Positions 41,237-51,923 of a DNA stretch of 64,000 bases are shown piece by piece. Source of the stretch: Schmidtea polychroa (Eukaryota). The notes below the pieces were generated by a model. The model worked only from the letters and a program-made list of their open reading frames with translations, did not search any database and was not told where the DNA came from. The position numbers and the translations under genes are program-made. Where the stretch lies: the NCBI GenBank assembly GCA_044892525.1, contig CM097885.1:234610001-234674000 (forward strand), read 5' to 3'. Numbering within the stretch: position 1 is the first letter of the stretch; the number at the start of each line of letters is the position of its first letter.

Positions 41237-41560
41237 TATATTCCCATCTTAACCCATGTCTCATTAAATTTAACCGACTATATTCCCATCTTAACCCATT
41301 CCTCATTAAAGTCAATCGACTATATTTCCCTTACAATGATATATTCCCATCTTAACCCATGTCTCATTAAATTTAACCGACTATATTCCCATCTTAACCC
41401 ATTCCTCATTAAAGTCAATCGACTATATCTCCCTTACAATGATATATTCCCATCTTAACCCATCTCACATTAAATCTAACCGACTATATCCCCTTAAAAG
41501 ATCATATTTTCCCCATCTTAACCGATCACTCATTAAATCTCACCGACAATATCCCATCTT
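41237..41560. repeat. Tandem repeat with tattcccatcttaaccc core (~101-bp higher-order unit)
   Basis: The core recurs about 7 times. 41237-41340 is nearly identical to 41338-41441. Confidence 0.8.
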
Positions 41561-43299
41561 ATCCGATCTCTCAGCAAATATTTCTACTCTTTTAAACATC
41601 TATCCGATTATATCCCTTATTTTCCCTAAAGATTTCACCCACTTGAGCCCTTTAATATATATCAATCCTCTTAAAATCCTCAGAGAAATTCAAAAATATG
41701 ACTTTTAATTAATTGTTATAGAACCAGACAAATAATAAGAGCCCACTAAAAGATCAAAATTCACTAAATTTTCTACAAATATTTACCATCAAATACTGGA
41801 GATGATATATATTGATTGATCATAATTCTTCATCGATTCAACCAATCATTTTCAAGCAATAACAGCAAACTAAATTTCTGTATATCCTACAATAATTATC
41901 AAGTAAATTTAAAGTCATTGATAAATATTCTTAGAAAATTATTGAAAAAAATTATCTAGTCAAATATATTACAAAGTTATCATCAAAAATTTATTCTATC
42001 ACTTAATTATTAACCTAATTGTCAATGAAATTAATTTTTATTTAAAAACTATTCAATAAAATACAACTAATTATCAAGAAATTAACTAAATTTATCAATT
42101 AAATTTATCACCATTAAAACTTTTAATCAGTCAACATGAAATTCTTAGAAAATTATTCAATATCCTCATAAAAATTTATCCTACCACTTCATTATTGTAA
42201 AATCTCTAATTATTAACCTCATTGAAAATAATTTTTATTTAAAATTAAAAAAAAAAAACAAGTCAATAAAAATACATCCAATTATCAAGAAATTAATTAA
42301 ATTTATCTTAGAATTGGCATTAAATTATTAAATATTCATTCAATAAACATGAAATTTGCAAAAATGTTAGAAATCCATGAAAATGATAGATATCTACAAA
42401 AATTACGCATATTCACAAAAAAGTACGGAAATTCATGAAAATAATAGAAAATTACAAAAAATGATAGAAATTTACTTGAATAAAACCATCAACTCTAAAA
42501 AATTATCAATACCTTAAACAACAAATTTGTCTAAATTCAAATAAAAACATTAAATACCTTTACGACTAATACCCTTGCGACATGTTGAATGTGAGTAGTA
42601 CCCTTGTGAGCAATACCCATAGGGGGACAGAATATTTTGTCGGATAAACTCAGAGTATATATTAATTAACTCATTTATCATTGAATTAGTCAAATTATCG
42701 TAAATTTCGATAAAAAATCTAAAGTGGTAAGCAATGTAAAGAGAAATATTCTTTAAATTTTGATAAAATTAACAATGAAGGTGGTAAGAATCTTCATTAA
42801 AGTGAGGAAATTATTCATTACTCGATTCAAATGGGTGAAAATAATTGGTAGAATAATCCATTAATGGAGGTAGATAATGAGAAGTGGCATAGATAAAAAG
42901 AAGGTGGATAAGAATGAAAGTATATTAATTGAATTTATTTAAAATTATTTCATAAAATTCATAAATTTAATAAAAAAAACTTTTAAAACAAATATTTGTG
43001 GGGATGTTTTAAGTGAATAATTAATAAAAATCGGCGGAATATAATTGATTAAATATCGGGGGGTGGGGGTTATAAGTGAATAATTAGTGGAAAATAAAGG
43101 GGATATAAGTGAATAATTAATGGAGAATCGGGGGGAATATAGGAGATTAAATAGTGGGATAATGAGAATCGGTGGAATATAAGTGAGAAGGATATGTAAT
43201 TTAAATTATTTTATTACGTAACAAGCCACGACTAGTTTATTACATTACAAGCTTGGTTGTAGGTACTTAGTAGTTGGTAGCTAGTTGGTTGCTATCAGG

Positions 43300-46200
43300 T
43301 AACTAGTTGTTAGTAACTAGTTGTAGGTAATTAATGCTTAGTAGTTGGTAACTGGTTGTTAGTACTTGGTAGGTGGTAGCTAGTTGGTTGTAGGTACTTA
43401 GTAGTTGGTTGATAATGCTTAGTACTTGGTAGGTGGTTGTTAGTTGGTTGTAGGTACTTAGTAGTTGGTAATTAATGCTTAGTACCTGGTTGATGTTGGT
43501 TGTAGGTACTTAGTAGTTGGTAGCTAGTTGGTTGCTATCAGGTAACTAGTTGTTAGTAACTAGTTGTAGGTATCTGGTTGTTAATACATGTTCGTAATTT
43601 ACTGGTACTTGGTATCTAGTTGTTAGTTGTTAGCGGGTTGTTAGTAACTAGGTATCTAGTTGTTAGTACTTGGTTGATAATGCTTAGTACCTGGTTGATG
43701 TTGGTTGTTAGTACTTAGTAGTTGGTAGCTAGTTGTTAGTAACTAGTTGTAAGTACTTGGTATCTGGTTGTTAGTTGTTATCTGGTTGTGAGTAGTTGGT
43801 ATCAGGTTGTTAGCTGGTTGATAGTACTTGGTATCTGGTAATTAGTTGTAGGTACTTGGTTGTTTGAGAGTTATTTAGTACGTGGTATCTAGTTGTAGGT
43901 ACTTGGTATCAGGTAACTGGTTGTTAGTATCTAGTTGTAAGTACTTGGTAGTTGGTTGTTAGTTGTTGGTATCAGGTTGTAAGCTGGTTGATAGTACTTG
44001 GTATCTGGTAATTAGTTGTAAGTACTTGGTTGTTTGAGAGTTATTTAGTACGTGGTATCTAGTAGTTAGCTGGTTGTAGCTAGTTAATGGGTAGGTGGTT
44101 GTTAGTAGTTGGTATCAGGTAACTAGTTGTAGGTATCTAGTTGTAGGTATCTGGTATCAGGTAACTGGTTGTTAGTAACTAGTTGTAGGTATCTGGTTGT
44201 TAATACATGTTCATAAGTTACTGGTTGTTGGTACTAAGTTGTTGGTTTGTTGTTGAATTATTATTAAAATTTGTCTTTGAAAAATATTTCATAAAAATTT
44301 TCATTAAAAATTATCTTAAAAATTTCCATCTAAAATTATCATTGAAAAATATTTCATAAAAATTTCCATCTAAAATTATCATTGAAAAATATTTCATAAA
44401 AATTTCCATTAAAAATTACTTAAAAAATTATTCCATAAAAATTTCCATTAAAAATTACCATTGAAAAATATTTCATTAAAATTTCTATTAAAAATTACTT
44501 AAAAATTATTTCATAAAAATTTTCATTAAAAAATTTCAATTCTCAAACACCTTCAATTATTTTGTAATTAAATCTTAAAATCTTACTTTAATTTACTTAT
44601 TACATTACTTTAATTTACTTATTTAAAAATTATTACTTTAATTTACTTATTTAAAATTTTTTACCATTGATTACTTAATTTAAAAATTTGGACCATTATT
44701 TACTGTAATTTAATTTTTAAGAACTTAAATTTACTTTAATTCAAAAATTTGGACCATTATTTACTTTAATTGAAAAATCTGGACCATAATTTACTGTAAT
44801 TTAATATTTTAGAACCATAATTTACTTTAATTTAATTTTTAGAACCATTATTTACTGTAATTTAATTTTTTAGGACCATTATTACCTTATTTGAAAATTT
44901 GAGCCATAATTTACTTTAATTTAATTTTTTAGAACCATTATTTACTTTAATTTAAAAATTTGAGCCATAATTTACTATAATTTAATTTTTAGACCCATAA
45001 TTTACTGTATTTGAAAAATTTGAACCATTGTTTTTTTTAATTTAAAATGTTTGACCATAATTTACTGTAATTTAATTTTTAGGAACATAATTTACTGTAA
45101 TTTAAAAATTTGAGCCATAATTTACTATAATTTAATTTTTAGAACCATAATTTACTTTAATTTTAAAATTTGGACCATTATTTACTTTAATTGAAAAATT
45201 TACCACGTTTTTAGTGTAGACCACCTATTTCTCAGGACCAAGGAGACTCACCTCACTATAGTCTGAAAAATCCTTGGCTTTTTTAGTGTAGACCAGCTTT
45301 TTGTATTGAAAATATCCTGAGACCTTAAATTACCATGCTTTTTTAGTGTAGACCAGCTTTTTGTATTGAAAAATTTTTTTTGTATTGAAAATCCCAGGAC
45401 CATCGTTTTTGTATTGAAAAAAATTTTTTTGTATTGAAAATCCCAGGACCATCGAGACCCCCTCACTATAGTCTGAAAAATCCTTGGCTTTTTTAGTGGT
45501 AGTCGGATTTTTGTATAGAAAAAATTTTATTTGTATTGAAAATCCCAGGTTCATCGAGACCCCCTCACTATAGTGTGAATAATCTTTGACTTTTTTATTG
45601 ATAGTCGGATTTTTGTATAGAAAAATTTTATTTGTATTGAAAATCCCAGTTCCATCGAGACCCCCTCACTATAGTGTGATAAATCCTTGACTTTTTTATT
45701 GATAGTCGGATTTTTGTATAGAAAAATTTTATTTGTATTGAAAATCCCAGGTCCATCGAGACCCCCTTATTTCTCAGGACCAAGGAGACTCACCTCACTA
45801 TAGTCTGAAAAATCCTTGGCTTTTTTAGTGTAGACCAGCTTTTTGTATTGAAAATATCCTGAGACCTTAAATTACCATGCTTTTTTTAGTGTAGACCAGC
45901 TTTTTGTATTGAAAATATCCTGAGACCTTAAATTACCACGTTTTTCTAGTGTAGACCACCTATTTCTCAGGACCAAGGAGACTCACCTCACTATAGTCTG
46001 AAAAATCCTTGGCTTTTTTAGTGTAGACCAGCTTTTTGTATTGAAAATATCCTGAGACCTTAAATTACCATGCTTTTTTAGTGTAGACCAGCTTTTTGTA
46101 TTGAAAAATTTTTTTTGTATTGAAAATCCCAGGACCAAGGAGACCCACCTGAATTGACCTAGAAAAATCCATGCTTTTTTAGTGGTAGTCGGATTTTTGT

Positions 46201-46398
46201 ATTGAAAAAAATTTTTTGTATTGAAAATCCCAGGACCATCGAGACCCCCCACTATAGTGTGATAAAAAAAAATTTGAACTAAAATTCCCTGAAAGCAAAA
46301 AAATGAGTTGGGAACAATTGCGTAATAAAAATTTGGGAACAAACCCCCCCTCCCCCCGGGGGGGAGTAATTGTTCCCGTGGGCTACTATCTACCTACT
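43300..46398 (-). repeat. Right TIR of the non-autonomous element
   Basis: Reverse complement of 35478-38451 with a few unit-number differences. The ORF track shows identical mirrored ORFs at 36222(+) and 45554(-). Confidence 0.9.
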
Positions 46399-46525
46399 AT
46401 AGTGATAATATTTAATTTATTCATTACGTACGGAGACACATTTTTGCACAGTCCTTTGGTGTATGACGATTTATATTATGAAATTATACGGATGTCATCG
46501 ACTTTCGATAATCTTTATAACTTTG
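46399..46525 (+). pseudogene. ARMH3: Duplicated ARMH3 exon, separated from its splice acceptor by the 10.9-kb insertion
   Basis: 35272-35477 plus 46405-46702 is a near-identical copy of 30049-30552. Confidence 0.85.
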
Positions 46526-46829
46526 GTTAGTGATTTTCATTATCAAATTGTTTCAGCATTTGTGCAAAATATGAATAATACAGTTATTTAACAAGTATAT
46601 ACACATTAATATATCAATTTAATTTCTTATAAAATTTTAATTCTTATTAATAATATTTTGTATATTTCCATGGTTCATCAAACATTGTTTTAATGATTAA
46701 GAGTTTGTGGTTCTCAACTCAGCTATTGCGAAGCTATTGAGTATAGTAGAGGGATAGCGGCCCACTAAACCAGCGGCCCTCTGGAACAAAGACATACCCC
46801 CTCCCCCTCCCCCCCCGCCATTTGATTTT

Positions 46830-47363
46830 TTTCAAGGTCAAATTTTAAACAAAGACATATGACTCATCAAGGTCATTGAAACAAAGACCATGGCTCATCC
46901 TATGACTCATCAAATTTCTCAAGGTCATTTAAACAAAGACCATGACTCATCAAGGTCATTTTCAAGGGCATATGACTCATAATATGACTCATCAAGGGCA
47001 AAAAATTTTCTCACGGTCATTTAAACAAAGACTATGACTCATCAAGGTCATTTTCAAGGTCATATGACTCATACTATGACTCACCAAGGTCATTTTCAAG
47101 GTCATATGACTCATTTAAGGTCATTCTCGAGGGCATATGACTCATTCAAGGTCATTTTCAAGGTCATATGACTCATACTATGACTCATCAAAAAATTTCC
47201 AAGGTCATATGACTCATACTACGACCCATCAAAATTTTTCAAGGTCATTTTCAAGGTCATCTGAGTCATCCTATGACTCATCAAGGTTATTTTCAAGGTC
47301 GCATGACTCATCCAAAGTCATTCTCAAGGTCATATGAGTCATCGCGATGAGTCATCAAGGTCA
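46830..47363. promoter_or_regulatory. Subterminal tandem array of TGACTCA (AP-1 consensus) and TCAAGGTCA (NR5A/FTZ-F1/ERR consensus) motifs
   Basis: Roughly 18 TGACTCA/TGAGTCA and about a dozen TCAAGGTCA counted by eye. Regulatory function is inferred. Confidence 0.55.
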
Positions 47364-47550
47364 TATTATTATTTTTAAAAATATTATTATTTTTATTATT
47401 ATTTTTAAAAAAAAATATTATTATTTTATTTTTAATTTTTTCAAAGTTCCCGTCAACGAAAATTAATAATCGATAGCTCATTTTAACGCTCAATCCAAGG
47501 CCTTCCGAATGAGCCATATATCTTGTTATTATGATTATTATTTCTAAAGA

Positions 47551-47639
<89 letters not shown>
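47551..47639. repeat. (ATT)n microsatellite
   Basis: Direct reading. Confidence 0.95.
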
Positions 47640-47641
<2 letters not shown>

Positions 47642-47758
47642 CTATATACACCGAGTCTATATACTCCGAGTCTATCCGACAAAATATTTTGTCCCCCTAT
47701 GGGTAATGCTCACAAGGGTACTGGTCACGCTCAACAAATCAACAAAACATACATTTAT

Positions 47759-48259
47759 TTAAACAATAAAATAATGTAAAATTAACAAAGGTAAACTAAA
47801 TATTGATGTACTACTATTCGCAGCAATATTGTTAGAAATTGGTAACGATGAATTGATTTTCAGATATTCTATTGATCCTTTGATTGTTTGAATTTCTCTT
47901 AATAATAATTCAATCTTTTTTAACAAATAATCATGCTTCTTATCAATAATTTTCGTATTCTTTTTATTTTCAGCAATAGAGTTATTGAAAACCTCAATAT
48001 GATCAATCAATTTAATTTTTATATTTTGTATATATTCAAATGTTAGTTCATAACTGTTTTCTAAATTCTCCAATCTTTGAGATATTCTTTTTCCTGGATG
48101 CTTTGACCATTTTGGTTTATCGAGAATATATAAAATATCCATCAACTTGGCAGTATTCGGACAAACACATATTGATTTATTAAAAGACTCCACTGTTATT
48201 GTTGTATTGTGTGAGCACACACTCGTTATAATAATTAGCAATATGAATATAGTTTTCAT
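47759..48259 (-). CDS. Predicted surface glycoprotein: signal peptide, coiled coil, GPI-like hydrophobic tail
   Basis: MKTIFILLIIITSVCS N-terminus, N-x-S/T sequons, heptad region, C-terminal NSSTSIFSLPLLILHYFIV. Confidence 0.7.
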   Translation of the reverse strand: MKTIFILLIIITSVCSHNTTITVESFNKSICVCPNTAKLMDILYILDKPKWSKHPGKRISQRLENLENSYELTFEYIQNIKIKLIDHIEVFNNSIAENKKNTKIIDKKHDYLLKKIELLLREIQTIKGSIEYLKINSSLPISNNIAANSSTSIFSLPLLILHYFIV

Positions 48260-48364
48260 GGTGTATCAAATCAAAACCTTTCTTTTACATTTATAGTTTA
48301 TCAACCAATCAAAATCATACAGTATTAGTATAAATAAAACATCATATTTTAAATTATTGTAAAA

Positions 48365-48879
48365 ATGTCTAATTTTATGGAAAATCTTTTAAGAGAACTC
48401 GTCAACAAGAATATTATGGAAAGCCTAATTTTCCTGGTCGATCGGACCGAAAAGATTGTAGAAGGTAATCACATTGATTATGATGATGTGATCAATTCCG
48501 ATTGTCTCGAAACGAAGAAATTCTATTTTAATAGGATTTTTAACTACCTATGCGACGAGGAGATGAAGTGGACCCGAATACTAGTAGGGTTCGCTTATAT
48601 GAAGATAATAATTGAAAAAAGTCTATGGGACTCCGAGCACTATTATCAGTGGTCTCAAGAAGTAATACTTTTATAATCTATATTTTATTAATATTTATTT
48701 TCTAGATAATCAAGTCAAAGTTTCAGCCATGGATTGAAGCCAATGGCGGATGGGGCGTGCTGAATCGACTCGCCAGAAATGCAAAGGAAATAGACGATCA
48801 GAAAAGAAAATTTAAAAACTATATTAAACTTGCAACAGGTGTTGCTATTTTGTATGTTTTATGTCGGTTTTTTAAATAA
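48365..48879 (+). CDS. Bcl-2 family protein, 156 aa, two exons (48365-48661, 48706-48879)
   Basis: BH1-like FNRIFNYLCDEEMKWTRILVGFAY. A 44-nt GT-AG intron joins in frame to BH2 WIEANGGW and the tail anchor LATGVAILYVLCRFFK. Confidence 0.85.
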
Positions 48880-48956
48880 AAATTAATATAGTTATTTTGT
48901 TTGATTTTTAAATAAAATTTTAAATAAATTTACAAACACTAATTAACTAAGATTTA

Positions 48957-49346
48957 TTAATTAACACATTCGCAGTCTTCATCTCCACATTTCATTATAT
49001 TTTCAACGACATGATCAATACAATCATTCGTAATATTATCTTTAGATTCATCTTTAGGTTCCTCTTTAGGTTCCTCTATAGGTTCATCTATAGGTTCATA
49101 GATTTCCTCTTGAGTTTCTTCCTCATCAATTTCTTGAGTTTCTTCCTCATCATCAAATCCTGTATCTTGACTCTCAACTAACCAGCCGATATTTAAGGCA
49201 TTTGTAATAGATAATATGTCCTCAATTTTCACACCAGATATTTCTGCTAATTTTTCCAACAAAAAGTTGATTAAAAATTCTAAATAATAAATAATTCGGT
49301 AATTAATTAATTAATCATGTTAACCTTTTTCTGCAGTCATTTTCAT
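48957..49346 (-). CDS. Small acidic repeat protein, two exons (49346-49325, 49279-48957)
   Basis: A 45-nt GT-AG intron gives MKMTAEKEFLINFLLEKLAE... EEETQEI and EPIDE/EPKEE repeats, Cys-containing end. Confidence 0.7.
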
Positions 49347-49476
49347 CACTTTAAAACTAAATTATAAGTTTGTTTATAGATTTTCTTTGTTAAATTTGCA
49401 TGTCATTTGCATTTATGTTGCAATTAATAAAGAAAAAAAACAAATCTGACTAATACATTTATTAAATTATATAACA

Positions 49477-49887
49477 TTAAAATATTTGTGAAAGTCTAGC
49501 AGACATAATTTTCCAAATAGGGAAATATACATCATTATTATCAACTTTATATCCCTGGATTGCAATTGTTATATACCAATTTTCATTTTCTTTGAAACTG
49601 ATTTCATCAAAAGCATCATAAAATCTTGCATATCTCTTGTTGAACCACGCATGTTGATTACACGATAGATTCGAATCTATCCGTTTAAAAACATCATCAA
49701 TAGTTTTGACATCAATCATTGAAAGCGTGCCGGATAAGAATTCAAATTTAGTTGGAATTAGCTTGACTGGTGCAACCAATTTCATATTGATTTCTTCTTT
49801 CAAAAAATACATTTTGTAGTTGTGGAACATTTGAACTGGTTGTACCATTTCTTTAGGTTTTTCGGTGCTTGAAATTTTCTTGGTCAT
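49477..49887 (-). CDS. Unknown 136-aa protein (possible OB-fold ssDNA-binding protein)
   Basis: Clean ORF with an upstream CCAAT motif. Beta-rich aromatic C-terminus YITIAIQGYKV...YFPIWKI. The function is speculative. Confidence 0.6.
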   Translation of the reverse strand: MTKKISSTEKPKEMVQPVQMFHNYKMYFLKEEINMKLVAPVKLIPTKFEFLSGTLSMIDVKTIDDVFKRIDSNLSCNQHAWFNKRYARFYDAFDEISFKENENWYITIAIQGYKVDNNDVYFPIWKIMSARLSQIF

Positions 49888-50123
49888 CGTGAATAATGAA
49901 TAAATTTAAATGTTACAGGGTTTCTATACCTTTGACTCATGCCTATCAACCAATCAGATTATAGCATGTCTTTGTTTAAATTGCATTCAAAATGCATTGA
50001 TGTTGCATTGTCACATGTTCTATTATTTTTATTAATGTTTTATTATTAATGTTTTATTATTATTAATGTTTTATTATTTCTATTATTATTATTAATTTTT
50101 TATTATTAATGTTTTATTATTTC

Positions 50124-50162
<39 letters not shown>

Positions 50163-50248
50163 TTTATTATTACTATTTCTATTATTATTATTATTATTAC
50201 TATTATTATTTCAAATATAAAAAAGATAAAACACAATAAAAAATACAT

Positions 50249-50667
50249 TTATTGGTAACCTAAATCTACAATCCGGGAGTAGTGAAACCTTCTCAGAGTT
50301 TTCACTAACTCCCATTCGACATATCGCCGATATCGATCGGCACAGCATGAGCATCCGATGATGCACTGGTACTCCGGCTCCATTTGTTTGATGGTTCTGT
50401 TTATCTTTATATCCCACAAGAACTGGTGAAATACATCCATGATTCGAATTTGAGTCGCATAGAATATCAGATCTGGAATGATCTCAGGTTCGCGATCCTT
50501 GATAATTTCTGCAATTTGCGGGTAATAATATTTTATCCGATTCAACATCACTTCTAAATATTTTTCTAAAATAATAAATAGTAAATAATGTGAAAATAAA
50601 AAAATTAAAATTTACCATAATCGTCGATATCTTTCATGAGGTTTGCAGCGCTTGGTAATTTGTACAT
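50249..50667 (-). CDS. Unknown protein with a Cys cluster, two exons (50667-50616, 50565-50249)
   Basis: A 50-nt GT-AG intron joins MYKLPSAANLMKDIDDY in frame to EKYLEVMLNRIK... Contains CIIGCSCC. Confidence 0.7.
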
Positions 50668-50741
50668 GGTGTTGAAAAAATGAATCCTAAACAAAAAACC
50701 GTTTGTTTAAATCAATCAATAACCAATTAGAAATTAACCAA

Positions 50742-51179
50742 TTAGAAATCGACCAATGAAATTATCTCATTTCGAACATTGTCAACAAATTCTCTATACT
50801 CCAAATTTCTCAACCCCAGCATGACAACCTTTCCACTAGCAAACACGTTGACACATATAGGGTTATATTTTAATAGCCTTAGTGCCGGAAACAATTCCGG
50901 TTCAAACATACAATCACATTTTTTCGACATGTTATATAAATTGATACTATGTCCCATATCCATAGTAACGGTAATTGATTGGATTGTAATATTATTTATT
51001 CGATATTGTAATTTATTAATATCCAAAGGTTTCTTACATCCCATGATTCTGCATTTACCAGTCTTGAAAAATATTATCGGATATTTCCCACTTCTATCGA
51101 TAATTTGCTGGGGTTTCCCTGGTGGGAACCTCATATTCGATACATCAAAATTTCCTCGATAATTTATATTTGCTAACAT
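50742..51179 (-). CDS. Divergent TATA-binding-protein (TBP) homolog, 145 aa
   Basis: Two TBP repeats: IIFFKTGKCRIMG, and IQSITVTMDMGHSINL...FEPELFPAL...VFASGKVVMLG (compare canonical YEPELFPGL...IFVSGKVVLTG). Confidence 0.88.
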   Translation of the reverse strand: MLANINYRGNFDVSNMRFPPGKPQQIIDRSGKYPIIFFKTGKCRIMGCKKPLDINKLQYRINNITIQSITVTMDMGHSINLYNMSKKCDCMFEPELFPALRLLKYNPICVNVFASGKVVMLGLRNLEYREFVDNVRNEIISLVDF

Positions 51180-51278
51180 TATTAAATCATTTATGAAAAT
51201 AAGTCTTTATATATAAATTGAGCACGAGTTCATTAAATCATCGAATATAAACAAATACACATTTATAAAATCTTTGAA

Positions 51279-51905
51279 ATGGAATTAAGAAATGATGCTG
51301 TATACCAAATCGTTGGTCCGAGTGGTAGTGGAAAAACATTATTTGTTTGTAAATTACTAAAATCTAATTTATTCAAATCAAAATTCAACAGGATTTATTG
51401 GCATAGGGGTGCTGATGAAGAACATGGATTAACTCAATCAAGTTTCTGTAAATTAAAAAACATGAAAATAGTAAAGGGATTCGATAAAAACTGGTCCAGC
51501 CGATTAAAGAAAGGTGATGTCATTATTATCGATGATTTGTATCAAGAAGCTAATAAAGAAAAAGATTTTAATAATTTATTTACAAAGATTAGCAGACATG
51601 TCGGTGTAACAGTTATTTTCATAACTCAAAATCTATTTCATCAAGGTGGGGCACATCGAACACGTAATTTAAATGTACAATATTTAGTCATTTTCAAGAA
51701 TCCTAGAGATGCAACAGTGATTGATTTTCTTGCACGCCAAGCATACCCTAACAATCGTAATTTTCTTATCAGTGCATTTCAAGATGCTACAAAAATACCT
51801 CATGGATATATATTTCTTGATTTCACACAACAATGTCCCGATGATTTACGAGTAAAAACAGATATTTTCAACCCAAAAGGTGCCATGGTTTATAAACAAA
51901 GTTGA
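51279..51905 (+). CDS. Polinton/Maverick A32/FtsK-like DNA packaging ATPase
   Basis: Walker A GPSGSGKT, Walker B IIIDD, then SRH, ITQN and NVQYLVIFKNPRD. Confidence 0.93.
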   Translation: MELRNDAVYQIVGPSGSGKTLFVCKLLKSNLFKSKFNRIYWHRGADEEHGLTQSSFCKLKNMKIVKGFDKNWSSRLKKGDVIIIDDLYQEANKEKDFNNLFTKISRHVGVTVIFITQNLFHQGGAHRTRNLNVQYLVIFKNPRDATVIDFLARQAYPNNRNFLISAFQDATKIPHGYIFLDFTQQCPDDLRVKTDIFNPKGAMVYKQS

Positions 51906-51923
51906 AAACCTCTATGAATAATA

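Larger units (their letters stand above)
35478..46398. mobile_element. Non-autonomous Polinton/Maverick-type element, 10.9 kb, with ~3-kb TIRs
   Basis: Termini AGTAGGTAGATAGTAGCCC...GGGCTACTATCTACCTACT. 6-bp TSD ATAGTG (35472-35477, 46399-46404). The empty site is at 30249-30254. No credible ORF inside. Confidence 0.9.

Noticed and set aside
36222..46530. Short ORFs at 36222, 36310, 41439, 45248, 45330, 45983 and 46303
   Set aside because: They are translations of TIR or tandem repeats; 46303 is a chance fusion of TIR and the ARMH3 exon.
47137..47779. ORFs with poly-Ile or SRS/HMT repeats
   Set aside because: They derive from the (ATT)n microsatellite and the motif array.
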